Source: Saprospiraceae bacterium (GTDB taxonomy: Bacteria; Bacteroidota; Bacteroidia; Chitinophagales; Saprospiraceae). Taken from it: DNA of 64,000 nt. The notes below the pieces were generated by a model. The model did not search any database. It had not been told where the DNA came from and saw only the letters and a program-made list of their open reading frames with translations. The translations under genes and the position numbers were made by a program. Positions 37,347 through 48,090 of this stretch are shown here, piece by piece (positions within the stretch are counted from its first letter, which is position 1; the number at the start of each line of letters is the position of its first letter). The stretch lies in assembly GCA_040401995.1 (NCBI GenBank), contig JBBANM010000030.1, positions 3,390 to 67,389 on the forward strand, written 5' to 3'.

Positions 37347-39401
37347 ATGAGTAAACCATCAAAAAGTAGAAAAATACCCGTTGGCTCAAGAACGCCCAAT
37401 ACGCCAAAAATCACCCCAAAGCCAAAGGCTCAACCTACCGCGATCATACCGGAAGGTTCTGAAATCCAACTTACCCGCTTACACCTGATGGTTATTCTGT
37501 TTTGGAGTGTGCTGCTGTACATCAATACATTGGGGCATCAATTTGCCTTAGATGACGCGATTGTATGGTATGATAATGAGTTTACGCTAAAAGGTTTCAG
37601 CGGTTTGCCTGAAATTTTTTCGAATGATACGTTTCGCGGTTTTTTTAAAGTGGAGGGAAAGGATTACCTAGTAGTGGGCGGGCGTTACCGACCACTTACC
37701 CAGGCCATGTTTGCCATCGAGTTGAGTTTGTTTGGCAACTCGCCTTTTTGGGGGCATTTGTTCAATGTTTTATGGTACAGCATCACCTGCTTGGCCATTT
37801 ACCAATTGCTGGTTCAATTATTTGCATTGCGGTTTGAGCGATCTTTTTCGGCGTGGCTGGCTTTTGCCATTACCCTATTGTTTGCCGCTCACCCTACTCA
37901 TACCGAGGCCGTGGCCAACATCAAAGGGCGTGATGAAATCATCGCTTTGCTTGGTTCTGTTGGCGCGTTGTATTGTTCCATCCAAGCTTTTCAGCGTAAA
38001 AAAATCTATTGGGAGTTTCTGGCTGGAGGAATTTTTTTCCTCGCTTTGCTGGCTAAGGAAAATGCCATTACTTTTTTGATGATTGTGCCCTTTACTTTTT
38101 ACTTTTTTACCGATGCAAAACCACTTCAGATTGCAAAACATGGATTGGCCTTTGTCATTGCCGCTGCTGTTTTTTTAGTGCTGCGTACCTCGGTTATTCC
38201 CCTAAAATTTGGCGTTGCTACCAATGAGCTGATGAATAACCCCTTCCTTAAATTGGTAGGCAATACCTATGTGCCCTTCACCAGCGGAGAACGTTTGGCT
38301 ACTATTTTTTATACCCTAAGCAAATATGTTCAATTGTTTCTGGTACCCCATCCCCTTACCCATGATTATTACCCCAAACAGATTGCCATGATGACTTGGG
38401 GCGATAGTAAGGCTTTGCTGGGGTTTTTCTTGTACGTAGGCATGGGCGTGTATGCGACGGTAGGATTACGGAAAAAAAATATGATTGCCTATGGCATCTG
38501 GTTTTATTTGTTCACGCTTTTCATTGTGTCCAATTTGCCATTTGCCGTGGGTACCAATATGTCGGAGCGTTTTTTATTTATGCCTTCCTTAGGACTTTGC
38601 TTGGCATTCGTGATGGCGGTCGTTCAAGTTTTTTATGGCAAAAATCCAAGTTTAGCGGGTGCCCGACCTACCGTGCTTTTAACGGTTATTGGTTTGCTAG
38701 CGGTAGGTTACAGCGTAAAAACGATCAGTCGAAACCCAGCCTGGAAAGACAACTTTACGCTTTTTACTACGGATGTAAAAACCTCGCCCAATAGCGCCAA
38801 ATTGCAAAACGCGATGGGTGGTGAATTGATCACTCAAGCCACCACCAATGGAAAATATGCTGCCCAAAAAACCCAAATGCTCCTTGAAGCAGAACAACAC
38901 CTCCAAAAAGCGGTAAGCATCCACCCTGGTTACAAAGATGCTTTTTTGCTTTTGGGCAATTGCTACGTTTTTTTGGAACAATATGAAAAAGCGATTGCCG
39001 CCTACAACAACGCGAGGAGCTTGACGCCAAACGACGCTTCGGTATTGGGGAATCTGGCGCTAGCTTACCGCGCTGCTGGTAAATACTACGGCGAACAACG
39101 CGGTGATGTGCAAAAAGCGTTTGGCTTTTTGCAACAAGCTTATGCCCTTAATGCCAAAGATTATGAAACGATCCGGCTACTGGGGGTGGCATATGGCGTT
39201 TCTGGTAATGCGCAAAAAGCGGTGGAGTATTTTTTGAAAGGCGTGGAAATGCAGCCCAAAAATGCTTTTGCCTGGTTTGAATTGGGAGTAGGGTATCAAA
39301 ATGGCGCCCAGCCGGCTAAAGCAAAAGAAGCTTTTGACCAAGCCAAAAAATTGGATGCCGATATCGAGCAAAAATTCTATAAAACACCAGCCAAGAAATA
39401 G
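37347..39401 (+). CDS. Multi-pass membrane protein with C-terminal TPR repeats (TMTC/PMT-like glycosyltransferase architecture)
   Basis: About 685 aa from the ATG at 37347 (TTG ORF from 37251). About 10 hydrophobic helices are followed by TPR units ('AFLLLGNCY...YEKAIAAYNNA'). Confidence 0.75.
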   Translation: MSKPSKSRKIPVGSRTPNTPKITPKPKAQPTAIIPEGSEIQLTRLHLMVILFWSVLLYINTLGHQFALDDAIVWYDNEFTLKGFSGLPEIFSNDTFRGFFKVEGKDYLVVGGRYRPLTQAMFAIELSLFGNSPFWGHLFNVLWYSITCLAIYQLLVQLFALRFERSFSAWLAFAITLLFAAHPTHTEAVANIKGRDEIIALLGSVGALYCSIQAFQRKKIYWEFLAGGIFFLALLAKENAITFLMIVPFTFYFFTDAKPLQIAKHGLAFVIAAAVFLVLRTSVIPLKFGVATNELMNNPFLKLVGNTYVPFTSGERLATIFYTLSKYVQLFLVPHPLTHDYYPKQIAMMTWGDSKALLGFFLYVGMGVYATVGLRKKNMIAYGIWFYLFTLFIVSNLPFAVGTNMSERFLFMPSLGLCLAFVMAVVQVFYGKNPSLAGARPTVLLTVIGLLAVGYSVKTISRNPAWKDNFTLFTTDVKTSPNSAKLQNAMGGELITQATTNGKYAAQKTQMLLEAEQHLQKAVSIHPGYKDAFLLLGNCYVFLEQYEKAIAAYNNARSLTPNDASVLGNLALAYRAAGKYYGEQRGDVQKAFGFLQQAYALNAKDYETIRLLGVAYGVSGNAQKAVEYFLKGVEMQPKNAFAWFELGVGYQNGAQPAKAKEAFDQAKKLDADIEQKFYKTPAKK

Positions 39402-39430
39402 TCTGGTTGTATAGGAAAACGCACCAAACA

Positions 39431-39466
39431 AAAAGGGCAAGATTTCAGCTGAAACCTTGCCCTTTT
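39431..39466. terminator. Bidirectional terminator between the TPR membrane protein gene and secA
   Basis: Stem 'aaaagggcaag' (39431-39441) pairs with 'cttgccctttt' (39456-39466). Confidence 0.7.
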
Positions 39467-39493
39467 ACTATTACCAAAATACTCAAGTACTAA

Positions 39494-42400
39494 TTAAGCA
39501 CTTAGACCTTTACCATGGCATTGCTTGTATTTTTTACCGCTTCCGCAAGGACAAGGGTCGTTGCGACCAATTTTGACTTCCTTCCGTACGGGTTGTTGTT
39601 TTTGTTGTGGCGTAGTAGCGCCTGCTGATTCCGCAGCGCGGCGACGGGAATTGTCTTCTTGCTCGCGTGAGCGGTTGGTCTGCGTTTTGGAATAATTGGA
39701 GCGTTGTTCCCGAGCCTGTTCTAGGGTTGTGCCGTCAGAAAAAACCAAGGTTCCTCTTGATAAGTACGACGTCACTTCCAAGTTGATGTCCATGATCAAA
39801 GTCTCGAACAAGTTGTAAGCCTCCAATTTATACACCACCAAAGGATCTTTCTGAGCAAAAGAAGCAGATTGTACCGATTCTTTTAGTTCATCCATTTCAC
39901 GAAGATGCTCTTTCCATTTTTCATCGATAATGGCCAATGAAACCGCCTTTTCGATGTCGGTGATGATTGATCTACCATTGGATTTTACAGCGTCTTCAAT
40001 TTCGGCAGTGATGACGAACGGATTGGTGCGGCCATCAGTAAACGGCACCATGATGCGTTTGTAAATGTGCCCTTGGTTTTGACTTACCTCTTGGATATGC
40101 GGCAACAATGCTTCAATGATGTGCTGGCTTTTCCGTTGGTAGTACTCGTAGAATTGATTGTAAAAAGTAGTGCTCAACTCCGCAACAGGTGCTTCCGCAA
40201 AGTAAGCTTCGCTTATTTCTGGATCAATTCCCAACACCCCAATACTTTCTCTTCTAAACGTATTGAAGTTACCAGCCTGTCGGTGATCGCGCACAAGACT
40301 ATCGATCATAGATTCAAACATGGTATTGAGATCCAGCGCCAAACGCTCGCCGGTAAGGGCATTATCGCGTTTTTTGTAGATGGCTTCGCGCTGAATGTTC
40401 ATCACGTCGTCATATTCCAAAAGACGCTTGCGAATACCAAAGTTGTTTTCTTCTACTTTTTTCTGGGCCCGCTCAATGGATTTGGTCACCATAGAGTGCT
40501 GAATCATTTCACCGTCTTTATGCCCTAGGCGATCCATTACTCCGGCAATGCGCTCGGACTGGAACAGACGCATCAAGTTGTCTTCCAATGACACATAAAA
40601 CTGCGAAGAACCGGGATCCCCTTGACGACCTGAACGACCGCGCAACTGTCGGTCAACCCGCCGTGATTCGTGGCGTTCGGTACCAATGATGGCCAAGCCG
40701 CCCGCTTGTTTTACTTCTTCGGTCAACTTGATATCCGTACCACGACCAGCCATGTTGGTAGCAATGGTAACTTTTCCGGGTCGACCCGCTTCGGCAACAA
40801 TTTCGGCTTCGCGCTGGTGCTGTTTGGCGTTCAAAACGTTGTGATCCAATCCGCGCAAACTAAGCATGCGGCTCAGTTTTTCAGAAATATCTACCGTAGT
40901 GGTACCCACCAATACCGGCCGTTTGGCATCGGTCAATTTGACAATTTCGTCAATAACTGCATTGAATTTTTCGCGACTGGTTTTGAAAACCAAATCGTCG
41001 CGGTCTTCCCGGATAGCCTGCTTATTAGTAGGAATAACAACTACATCAAGTTTGTAGATTTCCCAAAGTTCACTTGCTTCGGTTTCCGCCGTACCGGTCA
41101 TACCGGCCAATTTATGGTACATGCGGAAAAAGTTTTGCAAAGTTACGGTAGCATAAGTTTGCGTATGCTCGCCCACTTTCACATTTTCCTTGGCTTCCAA
41201 GGCTTGGTGCAAGCCGTCAGAATAACGACGGCCTTCCATCAAACGCCCCGTTTGCTCATCGACAATTTTTACCTGGCCATCAATAACTACATATTCTTCG
41301 TTGATTTCAAACAAAGTATAAGCCTTGAGCAATTGATACAGGGTATGGAGGCGACGGGTTTTGAGAGCAAAATCTTGAGATAGCTTAAGTTTCTGCTCTT
41401 CTTTTTCCTCCTTGGCGAGCTGCTCGTGTCTGTCAATTTCGATGAGTTCGCTTGCCAAATCTGGAAGGATGAAGAAATGGCCATCGGTACTACCAATTGA
41501 AAGGTAGTCAACCCCCTTATCAGTCAATTCAACGGAGCGGTTTTTTTCATCGATTACAAAATACAATTCCGCATCGACCAAGTGCATGTTGCGCGATTGC
41601 TCCTGCATGTAGTAGTTTTCAGCTTTTTGCAGCAACACTTTTACACCGTCTTCGCTCAAAAATTTGATCAAAGGCCGCGTTTTTGGTAAACAGCGGTAGG
41701 CACGCAGCAAGGCCATACCTGCATTGCCTTCATCGACGCCAACTTTACCAGCAGCATAGAGTTTTTTGGCCTCAGCTACATATTCAGAGGCGAGTTTTCG
41801 CTGTACGTTGATTAGTTTCTCTACATAAGGTTTGAGCTCAATGTATTCCTGGTCTTCGTTGGCCTGAGTTACTGGACCAGAAATGATGAGCGGCGTACGC
41901 GCATCGTCAATCAAAACCGAGTCAACCTCATCCACCATTGCGTAGTGGTGCTTGGTCTGTACTTTCTCGTCGATGGAGCGCACCATATTGTCGCGCAGAT
42001 AATCAAAACCAAACTCGTTGTTGGTGCCGTAGGTGATGTCGCAGTTGTAAGCGTTGATGCGGTCGTCGGAGTGGGGTTGGTATTTATCGATACAATCTAC
42101 GGTGAGGAACAAAAACTCAAAAATGGGGCCTACCCATTCTGAATCTCGGCGCGCCAAATAGTCGTTAACAGTAACGATGTGTACGCCCAATCCTGCCAAT
42201 CCATTGAGATAGGCCGGTAAAGTAGCCACCAAAGTTTTACCTTCACCGGTAGCCATCTCCGCAATTTTACCATCGTGAAGCACCATACCACCAATCATCT
42301 GCACATCATAGTGCACCATATCCCAGGTGATGTCGCCACCAGCGGCTTTCCACTTGTTTTTCCAAGTAGCTTGATCCCCTTGAATAGTGATATAGAGATT

Positions 42401-42841
42401 TTTACCTGGTCGAGCAGCTAAATCGCGGTCGTGCTGGGTAGCAGTAACAATGATTGTTTCATTTTCTTTAAATCGGCGAGCTGTTTCACGCACCACTGCA
42501 AAAGCCTCGGGTAAAATCTCTTTCAGTACGATTTCCAGTTGCTCATCGCGTTCTTTGCGAATATTATCGACCTGTAGGAACAAGACTTCTTTCTGATTGA
42601 GGTCTTCTTCTTCCATAGCCTGATTGCGAAGTCCTTCAATTTCGGCATCGATTTCACTCAAAAAATGAGAGATGCGCTCGCGGAATTGAAGCGTTTTGCC
42701 ACGCAATTCATCGTTGCTTAAGGTCTTGAACTGCTCTTCCGCTTCAAGAATCAACTCGACGTTATTGGCATATGCTTTAACATCGCGCTCGTACTTGGTA
42801 CCGAAGATTTTTTGGATAGATTTCCCGAGAAAACCGAACAT
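39494..42841 (-). CDS. secA: Preprotein translocase ATPase SecA
   Basis: 1115 aa. '[15 protein letters not shown]', '[12 protein letters not shown]', and the C-terminal zinc motif '[14 protein letters not shown]'. Confidence 0.95.
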   Translation of the reverse strand: MFGFLGKSIQKIFGTKYERDVKAYANNVELILEAEEQFKTLSNDELRGKTLQFRERISHFLSEIDAEIEGLRNQAMEEEDLNQKEVLFLQVDNIRKERDEQLEIVLKEILPEAFAVVRETARRFKENETIIVTATQHDRDLAARPGKNLYITIQGDQATWKNKWKAAGGDITWDMVHYDVQMIGGMVLHDGKIAEMATGEGKTLVATLPAYLNGLAGLGVHIVTVNDYLARRDSEWVGPIFEFLFLTVDCIDKYQPHSDDRINAYNCDITYGTNNEFGFDYLRDNMVRSIDEKVQTKHHYAMVDEVDSVLIDDARTPLIISGPVTQANEDQEYIELKPYVEKLINVQRKLASEYVAEAKKLYAAGKVGVDEGNAGMALLRAYRCLPKTRPLIKFLSEDGVKVLLQKAENYYMQEQSRNMHLVDAELYFVIDEKNRSVELTDKGVDYLSIGSTDGHFFILPDLASELIEIDRHEQLAKEEKEEQKLKLSQDFALKTRRLHTLYQLLKAYTLFEINEEYVVIDGQVKIVDEQTGRLMEGRRYSDGLHQALEAKENVKVGEHTQTYATVTLQNFFRMYHKLAGMTGTAETEASELWEIYKLDVVVIPTNKQAIREDRDDLVFKTSREKFNAVIDEIVKLTDAKRPVLVGTTTVDISEKLSRMLSLRGLDHNVLNAKQHQREAEIVAEAGRPGKVTIATNMAGRGTDIKLTEEVKQAGGLAIIGTERHESRRVDRQLRGRSGRQGDPGSSQFYVSLEDNLMRLFQSERIAGVMDRLGHKDGEMIQHSMVTKSIERAQKKVEENNFGIRKRLLEYDDVMNIQREAIYKKRDNALTGERLALDLNTMFESMIDSLVRDHRQAGNFNTFRRESIGVLGIDPEISEAYFAEAPVAELSTTFYNQFYEYYQRKSQHIIEALLPHIQEVSQNQGHIYKRIMVPFTDGRTNPFVITAEIEDAVKSNGRSIITDIEKAVSLAIIDEKWKEHLREMDELKESVQSASFAQKDPLVVYKLEAYNLFETLIMDINLEVTSYLSRGTLVFSDGTTLEQAREQRSNYSKTQTNRSREQEDNSRRRAAESAGATTPQQKQQPVRKEVKIGRNDPCPCGSGKKYKQCHGKGLSA

Positions 42842-42970
42842 ATCTGTTGTCTTTAATCTTGAATTTCTGATGAATGGGGCTGGGATTTTTGATTAGGCTA
42901 TCAACCTTATAAAAAAACCATGCACTCCAAATTTGCCCGCAAAGATAACATATATTTACCTTGTGGGGTA

Positions 42971-43132
42971 AGAGCTTGTTCAGAATTCTGCTTCGAGCTA
43001 CAAAAGGCCAAAATTCACCCCAATTTCGTTACAAAAATGCTAATATAGCGCTGCCACACTCCGCTTTTTGCGCCTCATTGGTGCAAATTTTTGCTCATTT
43101 TCGCCATCGAACCAGAATCCTGAACAAGCTCT
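42971..43132. repeat. Long-range inverted repeat (20-nt arms, 122-nt spacer)
   Basis: 'agagcttgttcagaattctg' (42971-42990) versus 'cagaatcctgaacaagctct' (43113-43132). 19 of 20 positions are complementary. Confidence 0.6.
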
Positions 43133-43297
43133 AAGTAAATCATTACGGACTACAAAAGAACGCCTAAATTCATACCAATCATCTACAAGGTTTATTTTGC
43201 TGTCACATTGGCAGCTATTCAAAACAATTGATGGCCTCGTTTGGTTGTTTTGGTCTATAAAAATTACAGTTTACTTGTTTTTAAGCGCCTATTTGAC

Positions 43298-44053
43298 ATG
43301 AAGCATTTTTTTTCAAAGTTATTGTTCGTTGGATGTTGCGCCTTAGCGTGTACATGTGAGCGGGCGCCGGAAGGTAGAGACATCCGGGAGTATTATTTCC
43401 CCCTTAAATCACTGACCGATGGGGTGGTTTATGAATTCCACCCGGTTCATAATGATACTTTGCCCACTGCATATTGGTATTTCAGATCCATTTTGCAAGG
43501 CGACGGGCATTTTTTGACCGCTACATATTATGATGCCAAGTTAATTCAGCAGCAGCACACCCGTGAACGCTTGGTGGACAATGGCGTTTTGCTGGACGAC
43601 ATGTACGTGTACGAAAAAGACTCCACTCAAGCCTCTGGTCAGATTCAAGTACCCATTAAAATCATCGCGGGGAATTTGTTCCCTTTTTTCATCAAAAAAA
43701 CCAACGGAGTTTGGCTGTATCGAGTAGAATGGGACTCTAAAACCGATATTGGCGCACACTACTCGGTGATTCGCAATCGTAGATTTGCGGGCGACACCAC
43801 TTTTGAAATGAATGGTACTACTTATCCCGCTATACAATTCAAGTTGAAAGAAGCTTTTGAATACGATAAAGAGGGCGTGCTGGCGCCGCCGCCTTATACT
43901 GGTTTGGAGATTTATGCAAAAGGCATTGGCTTGGTATATTACCGCAAAGAAGTAAGCACCACCGATGTGTTGGAATATCGACTAGCCGAGCGCTATGGTA
44001 TGTCAAAATTAGAAAAGCAGTTTCGCCAACAAATAAAAAGGAATGAGCAATAA
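43298..44053 (+). CDS. Hypothetical lipoprotein
   Basis: Lipobox-like 'MKHFFSKLLFVGCCALACTC' from the ATG at 43298. About 250 aa, family not recognised. Confidence 0.6.
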   Translation: MKHFFSKLLFVGCCALACTCERAPEGRDIREYYFPLKSLTDGVVYEFHPVHNDTLPTAYWYFRSILQGDGHFLTATYYDAKLIQQQHTRERLVDNGVLLDDMYVYEKDSTQASGQIQVPIKIIAGNLFPFFIKKTNGVWLYRVEWDSKTDIGAHYSVIRNRRFAGDTTFEMNGTTYPAIQFKLKEAFEYDKEGVLAPPPYTGLEIYAKGIGLVYYRKEVSTTDVLEYRLAERYGMSKLEKQFRQQIKRNEQ

Positions 44054-44055
44054 CT

Positions 44056-45678
44056 TCAATATGGGATCACGATAAACCGCTGCCATTCCGTGTTATTTTT
44101 GCTGTACAGTTGCGCCCAATAAACGCCTGCTGGCCAGTCACTGACCAATAGTGCAGGAATGTTTTTTTGCTGCACCATTAAGCGCCCCCACTGATCATAA
44201 ACCCGGATATCAAAATCTTGATTCCCGGGGGCGTCAATGTGTAGTACATCCTTGACCGGATTGGGGTAAAGGTAAAATCGCCCTATGTTTTGGACTTTTT
44301 CTTGTACCGCAGTGGTGGTTGGAAAAAGTGATCCTAAAAAAAGGTCAAAACTGTTTGCTGATGGCAAATCATAATTTCCCAATTTTGCAAACCCTTGATA
44401 AGCACCGCCAACCAGTAGCGAGTCGAATCCAATGGCTGCCAAACCATAGGGGTAAATGCCCGCGCTGGCTGTAAGCAATTGCAGCCATTGTCCTTTTCCA
44501 AGGGTATCCAATGCGGCTATAAAACCTTGAAACTGATCCCCCACAGTGATTGAAAGGTTATCAACTTTTAGACTTCCTTGAAAATACCCACTCAAATACA
44601 AGCGCCCCCGAGAAAGTGACAATTGGGTGATTTGTTGTACCAATTCTCCACCAATTACTTTGGCACGTAGAGGCACCCCGCTACTCGAATACTGGGCAAT
44701 AAAAACATCGGCGTTACCATCTCTACTTTGTACGTTGATGTTATTGCCAAAACGCAGTACCCCCACTATGTTTCCGGCCATAAAAAGATTACCGCTGGCA
44801 TCGCTTTCCATGCTTATAGGCGCGGCATCATATACGCCGCCCGCTTTTCGCGACCATTGCTCTTTCCCGTTTTGATCCCAACAAGCCACAAAAACATCCT
44901 GATCATTGGTATTGGCAGTGAAAGTTGTATCCCGAAATTGAATGGTTTCATCAAAACTACCCGTCATGCCGATGCGCGCTTGCGGGAGCATGGCCAGCGC
45001 GGCGGCACGTGTATTGCCTTTGCCATCTAATGTTTTGACCCATTGTAAATTACCCTTGCTGCTAAATTTTGCTAAAAAAGCAGCACTTAAAGCTGCGGTA
45101 TACAATTTTTGATTGGCTATTTGTAAGGTATCATTAAAATACCCGCAGAGATAAAAACTTCCGTCTGGCGCCAGCGCCAAATCTGTTGCGTTCTTGATTC
45201 CACTTCCTTCAATGTTGGTAACCCACAGCAATTTGCCATTGGCATTGTAATTCGCGAGGAATAAGGCCTTCCCACCATTTTTGGTTTCTGATACAGGACC
45301 TTCTAATATTAATTTGCTCCAATAAGACCCGGCACAAATCAATCCGCCACTGGGCAAGGCAATTTGTGCAGCAATTTCATCATCTTGTATGCTCCCGCCG
45401 TGAGCAAAATAACGGTACTGCCCCGCACGGTCGCGGCGCAACAACAAAATATCTTCGCCGCCACCGCTGTTTAGAACATGGGCATCAAACACCAATTGTC
45501 CCCGAAAAGCCATGCTCGCAAAGCAAATCGATTGGTCATTGCAAGCAATATTCGTCAGCAAATCATTTTCTTTGCTGCCAAGCGTTTGCGTTTGTTGCCA
45601 CGTTTGCGCATTTACTGGCTGGATCACCGCTTGCAACAAAACCCAAAACACAAAAACAGCTCTTGCGTGCTTACTCAT
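44056..45678 (-). CDS. Secreted beta-propeller-like repeat protein with T9SS C-terminal sorting domain
   Basis: 540 aa with signal peptide 'VFVFWVLLQAVIQPVNAQ'. Repeated 'G...D.....DG...' units. C-terminal domain 'FYLYPNPVKDVLHI...GVYWAQLYS'. Confidence 0.75.
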   Translation of the reverse strand: MSKHARAVFVFWVLLQAVIQPVNAQTWQQTQTLGSKENDLLTNIACNDQSICFASMAFRGQLVFDAHVLNSGGGEDILLLRRDRAGQYRYFAHGGSIQDDEIAAQIALPSGGLICAGSYWSKLILEGPVSETKNGGKALFLANYNANGKLLWVTNIEGSGIKNATDLALAPDGSFYLCGYFNDTLQIANQKLYTAALSAAFLAKFSSKGNLQWVKTLDGKGNTRAAALAMLPQARIGMTGSFDETIQFRDTTFTANTNDQDVFVACWDQNGKEQWSRKAGGVYDAAPISMESDASGNLFMAGNIVGVLRFGNNINVQSRDGNADVFIAQYSSSGVPLRAKVIGGELVQQITQLSLSRGRLYLSGYFQGSLKVDNLSITVGDQFQGFIAALDTLGKGQWLQLLTASAGIYPYGLAAIGFDSLLVGGAYQGFAKLGNYDLPSANSFDLFLGSLFPTTTAVQEKVQNIGRFYLYPNPVKDVLHIDAPGNQDFDIRVYDQWGRLMVQQKNIPALLVSDWPAGVYWAQLYSKNNTEWQRFIVIPY

Positions 45679-45724
45679 TGGTTAAATTTCGAAGCTATAT
45701 TTGCAAAAAAATATTGACATCATC

Positions 45725-46738
45725 ATGAAAAATAAAGGATTACTCGGGATTTGGTTGGTCATTGCCCTCACAATCATCGGTATGGGTTGTAAAAAAAAGG
45801 AAGCCGAAGCAGTGGCCATTGCCCCGACCGGCAATTCGTCGATCGATAAACTATCCGTAGCTATTGCCAATAACCCCAACGATCCAAAGTTGTTTTTTGC
45901 TCGAGCAAAAGCATTTTATGACAACGAGGGCTATGACGAAGCCATTCAAGATTTGCAACGCGCCCTCCGCAAAGATTCTACAAATGTGGATTACCTCCAT
46001 TTGCTAGCGGATGTTTATTTGGATTATTTCAAGTCTTACCAAGCCTTAAAAACCATGGAAAAGGTGGTGCGTTTATATCCTGAACGAATTCCATCTTTGC
46101 TAAAAATGAGCGAATTTCAGTTGATTTTAAAAAATTCTGATGCTTCGCTCAAAACGCTAGATCAAGTCCTCAAAATTGACCCGCAAAATGCCGAGGCATA
46201 TTTTATGCTGGGTATGAATTTTAAGGAAAAAAAGGACACCGCGCGTGCCATCAATAGTTTTCAAACTGCCGTAGAAAACGATCCCGATTTGGTTGATGCC
46301 TGGATCAATTTAGGGCAACTACACGCCGGACTCAAAAACGACATCGCTGCCCGCTATTTTGAAAGCGCACTTCGCATCCAACCCAATAGTTTGACCGCCA
46401 TTCATGCTAAGGCTTACTATTTACAAGAAAAAGGCGATCTTAAAGGCGCATTGGCTTTGTTTAAAAAAATGGCCGCCATCGATCCGCAAAATGAAGTTGC
46501 CTATTATAATGCAGGATTGCTTTATCTTGATTTGGATTCTTTGCAATCAGCTTATCGGCAGTTTGATTTAACGCTAAAAGTTGCTCCATTGCACATCCGT
46601 GCTTTTTACTTCCGCGGATTGGCTGCTGAAATGCTCGGCAACCCCAAACAAGCAAAAGCAGACTATACTCAGGCATTAAAATTAGCGCCCGATTACATCA
46701 AACCGAAAGAGGGGCTTGCACGTTTGGACAAAAAATAA
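45725..46738 (+). CDS. TPR-repeat lipoprotein
   Basis: Lipobox 'LTIIGMGCKK' followed by consecutive TPR units ('AYFMLGMNFKEKKDTARAINSFQTAVENDP'). The ATG at 45725 is preferred over the TTG at 45701. Confidence 0.8.
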   Translation: MKNKGLLGIWLVIALTIIGMGCKKKEAEAVAIAPTGNSSIDKLSVAIANNPNDPKLFFARAKAFYDNEGYDEAIQDLQRALRKDSTNVDYLHLLADVYLDYFKSYQALKTMEKVVRLYPERIPSLLKMSEFQLILKNSDASLKTLDQVLKIDPQNAEAYFMLGMNFKEKKDTARAINSFQTAVENDPDLVDAWINLGQLHAGLKNDIAARYFESALRIQPNSLTAIHAKAYYLQEKGDLKGALALFKKMAAIDPQNEVAYYNAGLLYLDLDSLQSAYRQFDLTLKVAPLHIRAFYFRGLAAEMLGNPKQAKADYTQALKLAPDYIKPKEGLARLDKK

Positions 46739-46815
46739 CCGACTTAAAATTTATTTCCTCTGCAACCTTTTTTAACATCTCCTGTCCATTGAGGGGTATG
46801 AAAAAATAAGGTAAC

Positions 46816-47481
46816 ATGGAAAGTAAGACCCGTAAGGCGCTTTCAGCAGCAGGAAAAATATTGCCATTGGAGGCGGGCGCCAAAAAATCGGGTCATTACC
46901 AAACCCATAAGATCGTACCATTGGATTACAACAACACACACCGAGAACTGGTAGAAAAATGCAAACGAGGCGACAGACCGTCGCAATTCGAGCTCTATCG
47001 TCTTTACTCAAAGGCTATGTACAACGTTTGTTTGCGCATGCTAAGAGACGAGTCTGACGCGGAGGATGTGTTGCAAAATGCTTTTATCGATATTTTCACC
47101 AAGCTGAGCAGCTTTAAGTTTGAATCTTCGATAGGGGCATGGATAAAAAAGGTGGTGGTTAACAACTGCATCAATTTTTTAAAAAAACGCCGGCTTCAGA
47201 TTACCGAAATTGAAGAAAAACACGGGCACATTATATCAGAAGAGGAAACCCATGGTGATGAATTCTTTGGCATGAATGTAGAAAACGTCAAAAAAGCCTT
47301 AGGTTCTTTACCAGATGGTTATCGGGTAGTTTTTTCTTTGTATTTGCTTGAAGGGTATGATCATCAAGAAATTGGCGAGATACTTGGGATTAGCGAAGCT
47401 ACTTCTAAGTCACAGTACAGCAGAGCAAAACAAAAATTAAAAGACCTACTCAACAACCAGCGTCAGGTATCCAACTACTAG
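46816..47481 (+). CDS. ECF-type RNA polymerase sigma-70 factor
   Basis: 221 aa. Region 2 'ELYRLYSKAMYNVCLRMLRDESDAEDVLQNAFIDIF'. Region 4 'EGYDHQEIGEILGISEATSKSQYSRAKQKL'. There is a ~40-aa N-terminal extension. Confidence 0.9.
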   Translation: MESKTRKALSAAGKILPLEAGAKKSGHYQTHKIVPLDYNNTHRELVEKCKRGDRPSQFELYRLYSKAMYNVCLRMLRDESDAEDVLQNAFIDIFTKLSSFKFESSIGAWIKKVVVNNCINFLKKRRLQITEIEEKHGHIISEEETHGDEFFGMNVENVKKALGSLPDGYRVVFSLYLLEGYDHQEIGEILGISEATSKSQYSRAKQKLKDLLNNQRQVSNY

Positions 47482-47541
47482 CCTACTGCTGATCTTGGAA
47501 ATCAATTCCAGATTAGCAGGTGACTACAAAACAATTGCGCC

Positions 47542-48090
47542 ATGCAAAGGGACAATTTAGAACAATTTATTTTTGAAAATCGCGAATCCTTTGACGATTC
47601 CACTCCAAGCCTCAAGGTTTGGGGAGAAATCGATCGGGCCATAAGCGCGCCCAAACTAAAAACCATGAAGCTGCGGTCTTTAATGCGTATTGCGGCAGCC
47701 ATTGCCTTACTCCTGATCACCGGAGGCGTTGTTGGAAGCTATTTGTCTCGGTCACAACACGAAGACACAGCCACCATTATTGACGCGGTTGCCCCCGAAT
47801 ACATGGAAATGGAACAATACTACCAGGATCAGATCAATACCAAGGTGAAACAGTTGACTCAGTACGATCCCAACTCACCAGTACTCAAAGACCTGAAACA
47901 GATGGATCAGGCCATGACGGAACTTAAAGATGAATTGAAAAACGCGCCGAAAGGCAAAGAAGAAGAGATTGTGGCAACCATGATCCAAACATACCAAACC
48001 AAAGTGGCCATTCTTGAACGCGTACTGGAATACATGCGCCAAGCAAAACCACAAAATTCAAAATCAACGAGCAATGAAATCAGCATGTAA
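47542..48090 (+). CDS. Putative anti-sigma factor (single-pass membrane protein)
   Basis: 182 aa with one TM helix 'IAAAIALLLITGGVVGSYL'. It lies directly downstream of the ECF sigma gene. Confidence 0.6.
   Translation: MQRDNLEQFIFENRESFDDSTPSLKVWGEIDRAISAPKLKTMKLRSLMRIAAAIALLLITGGVVGSYLSRSQHEDTATIIDAVAPEYMEMEQYYQDQINTKVKQLTQYDPNSPVLKDLKQMDQAMTELKDELKNAPKGKEEEIVATMIQTYQTKVAILERVLEYMRQAKPQNSKSTSNEISM

Noticed and set aside
40670-41383. 237-aa plus-strand ORF inside secA
   Set aside because: It is antisense to a textbook SecA sequence, with low-complexity translation and no motifs.
43040-43301. 60-77-aa ORFs on both strands in the secA-upstream intergenic region (also 60438-60641 upstream of the pyk terminator)
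   Set aside because: They are short and mutually overlapping with no motifs. Their composition is typical of non-coding AT-rich spacer.
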